64,000 nucleotides of DNA. It comes from Desulfurococcales archaeon. GTDB taxonomy: Archaea; Thermoproteota; Thermoprotei_A; Sulfolobales; Acidilobaceae. The notes under the pieces are model-generated. The model had not been told where the DNA came from. It searched no databases and saw nothing but the letters and a program-made list of their open reading frames with translations. The translations under genes and the position numbers were made by a program. The stretch lies in assembly GCA_015520195.1 (NCBI GenBank), contig WAQN01000131.1, positions 565-64,564 on the forward strand, read 5' to 3'. Positions 63,905-64,000 of the stretch are shown one piece after another (within the stretch, counting starts at the first letter, position 1; every line of letters starts with the position of its first letter).

Positions 63905-64000
63905 CAACCTAGGACTCCTCTATCCCTATAGAATCTCTCGGCTCCAGGGTGCAGAGGTATCGGGACTGTAGCTGCCTTATCTAAGCTTATATCAGCAGCT
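63905..64000 (-). CDS. 3' end of a gene running in from the right edge; the C-terminus resembles a TAXI-family TRAP transporter solute-binding protein
   Basis: The minus strand reads ...PLHPGAERFYRDRGVLG then TGA at 63907..63905. PLHPGAxxYY is a C-terminal signature I associate with TAXI/NMT1-like receptors. Only about 30 codons are visible, and I did not fully verify the frame in the last 40 nt. Confidence 0.4.

Overview
This is a gene-dense (about 70 genes, roughly 90% coding) core-chromosome segment of a hyperthermophilic crenarchaeon (Thermoproteota). I cannot assign a species from sequence alone.

**Lineage evidence**
- RNA polymerase subunit B is unsplit, while A'/A'' are split.
- The block rpoH-rpoB-rpoA1-rpoA2-rpl30e-nusA-rps12 ... 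rps7-EF1alpha-rps10 is present, with EF-2 encoded elsewhere.
- The L14e-cbf5-L34e-cmk block is present.
- There is an 11-gene nuo operon without nuoEFG.
- Proteins are rich in I/K/E/R/V/Y.

**Other content**
- Replication and repair: an Orc1/Cdc6 paralog, RFC large and small subunits, XPF, endonuclease III.
- Metabolism: pyrG, moaC, agmatinase, acyl-CoA dehydrogenase, ATP-type PEPCK-like, acs, a SufS-like desulfurase.
- Also one tRNA-Leu(CAA), a penicillin-acylase-family Ntn hydrolase, and several membrane or hypothetical proteins.

**Points worth a second look**
1. cbf5 is interrupted by a 30-nt bulge-helix-bulge intron, so the ORF track shows it as two ORFs.
2. rfcS carries a 417-aa intein with Ser at both splice junctions.
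3. An untracked 31-codon ORF with six Cys at helical spacing has a strong Shine-Dalgarno sequence.
4. An AT-rich ORF of 168 aa shows tyrosine-recombinase catalytic motifs in order, but with the first Arg replaced.
5. A VKOR-like gene and a bifunctional-nuclease gene sit between rps12 and rps7.
6. A DHH phosphoesterase has a conserved N-terminal strand lying upstream of any canonical start codon.
7. Several short repeat clusters occur in promoter regions.

**What I did not find**
- No CRISPR array, rRNA, transposase, toxin-antitoxin pair or recognisable defence island.
- No convincing evidence for a wholly new multi-gene system. This is mostly ordinary housekeeping DNA with a few local oddities.
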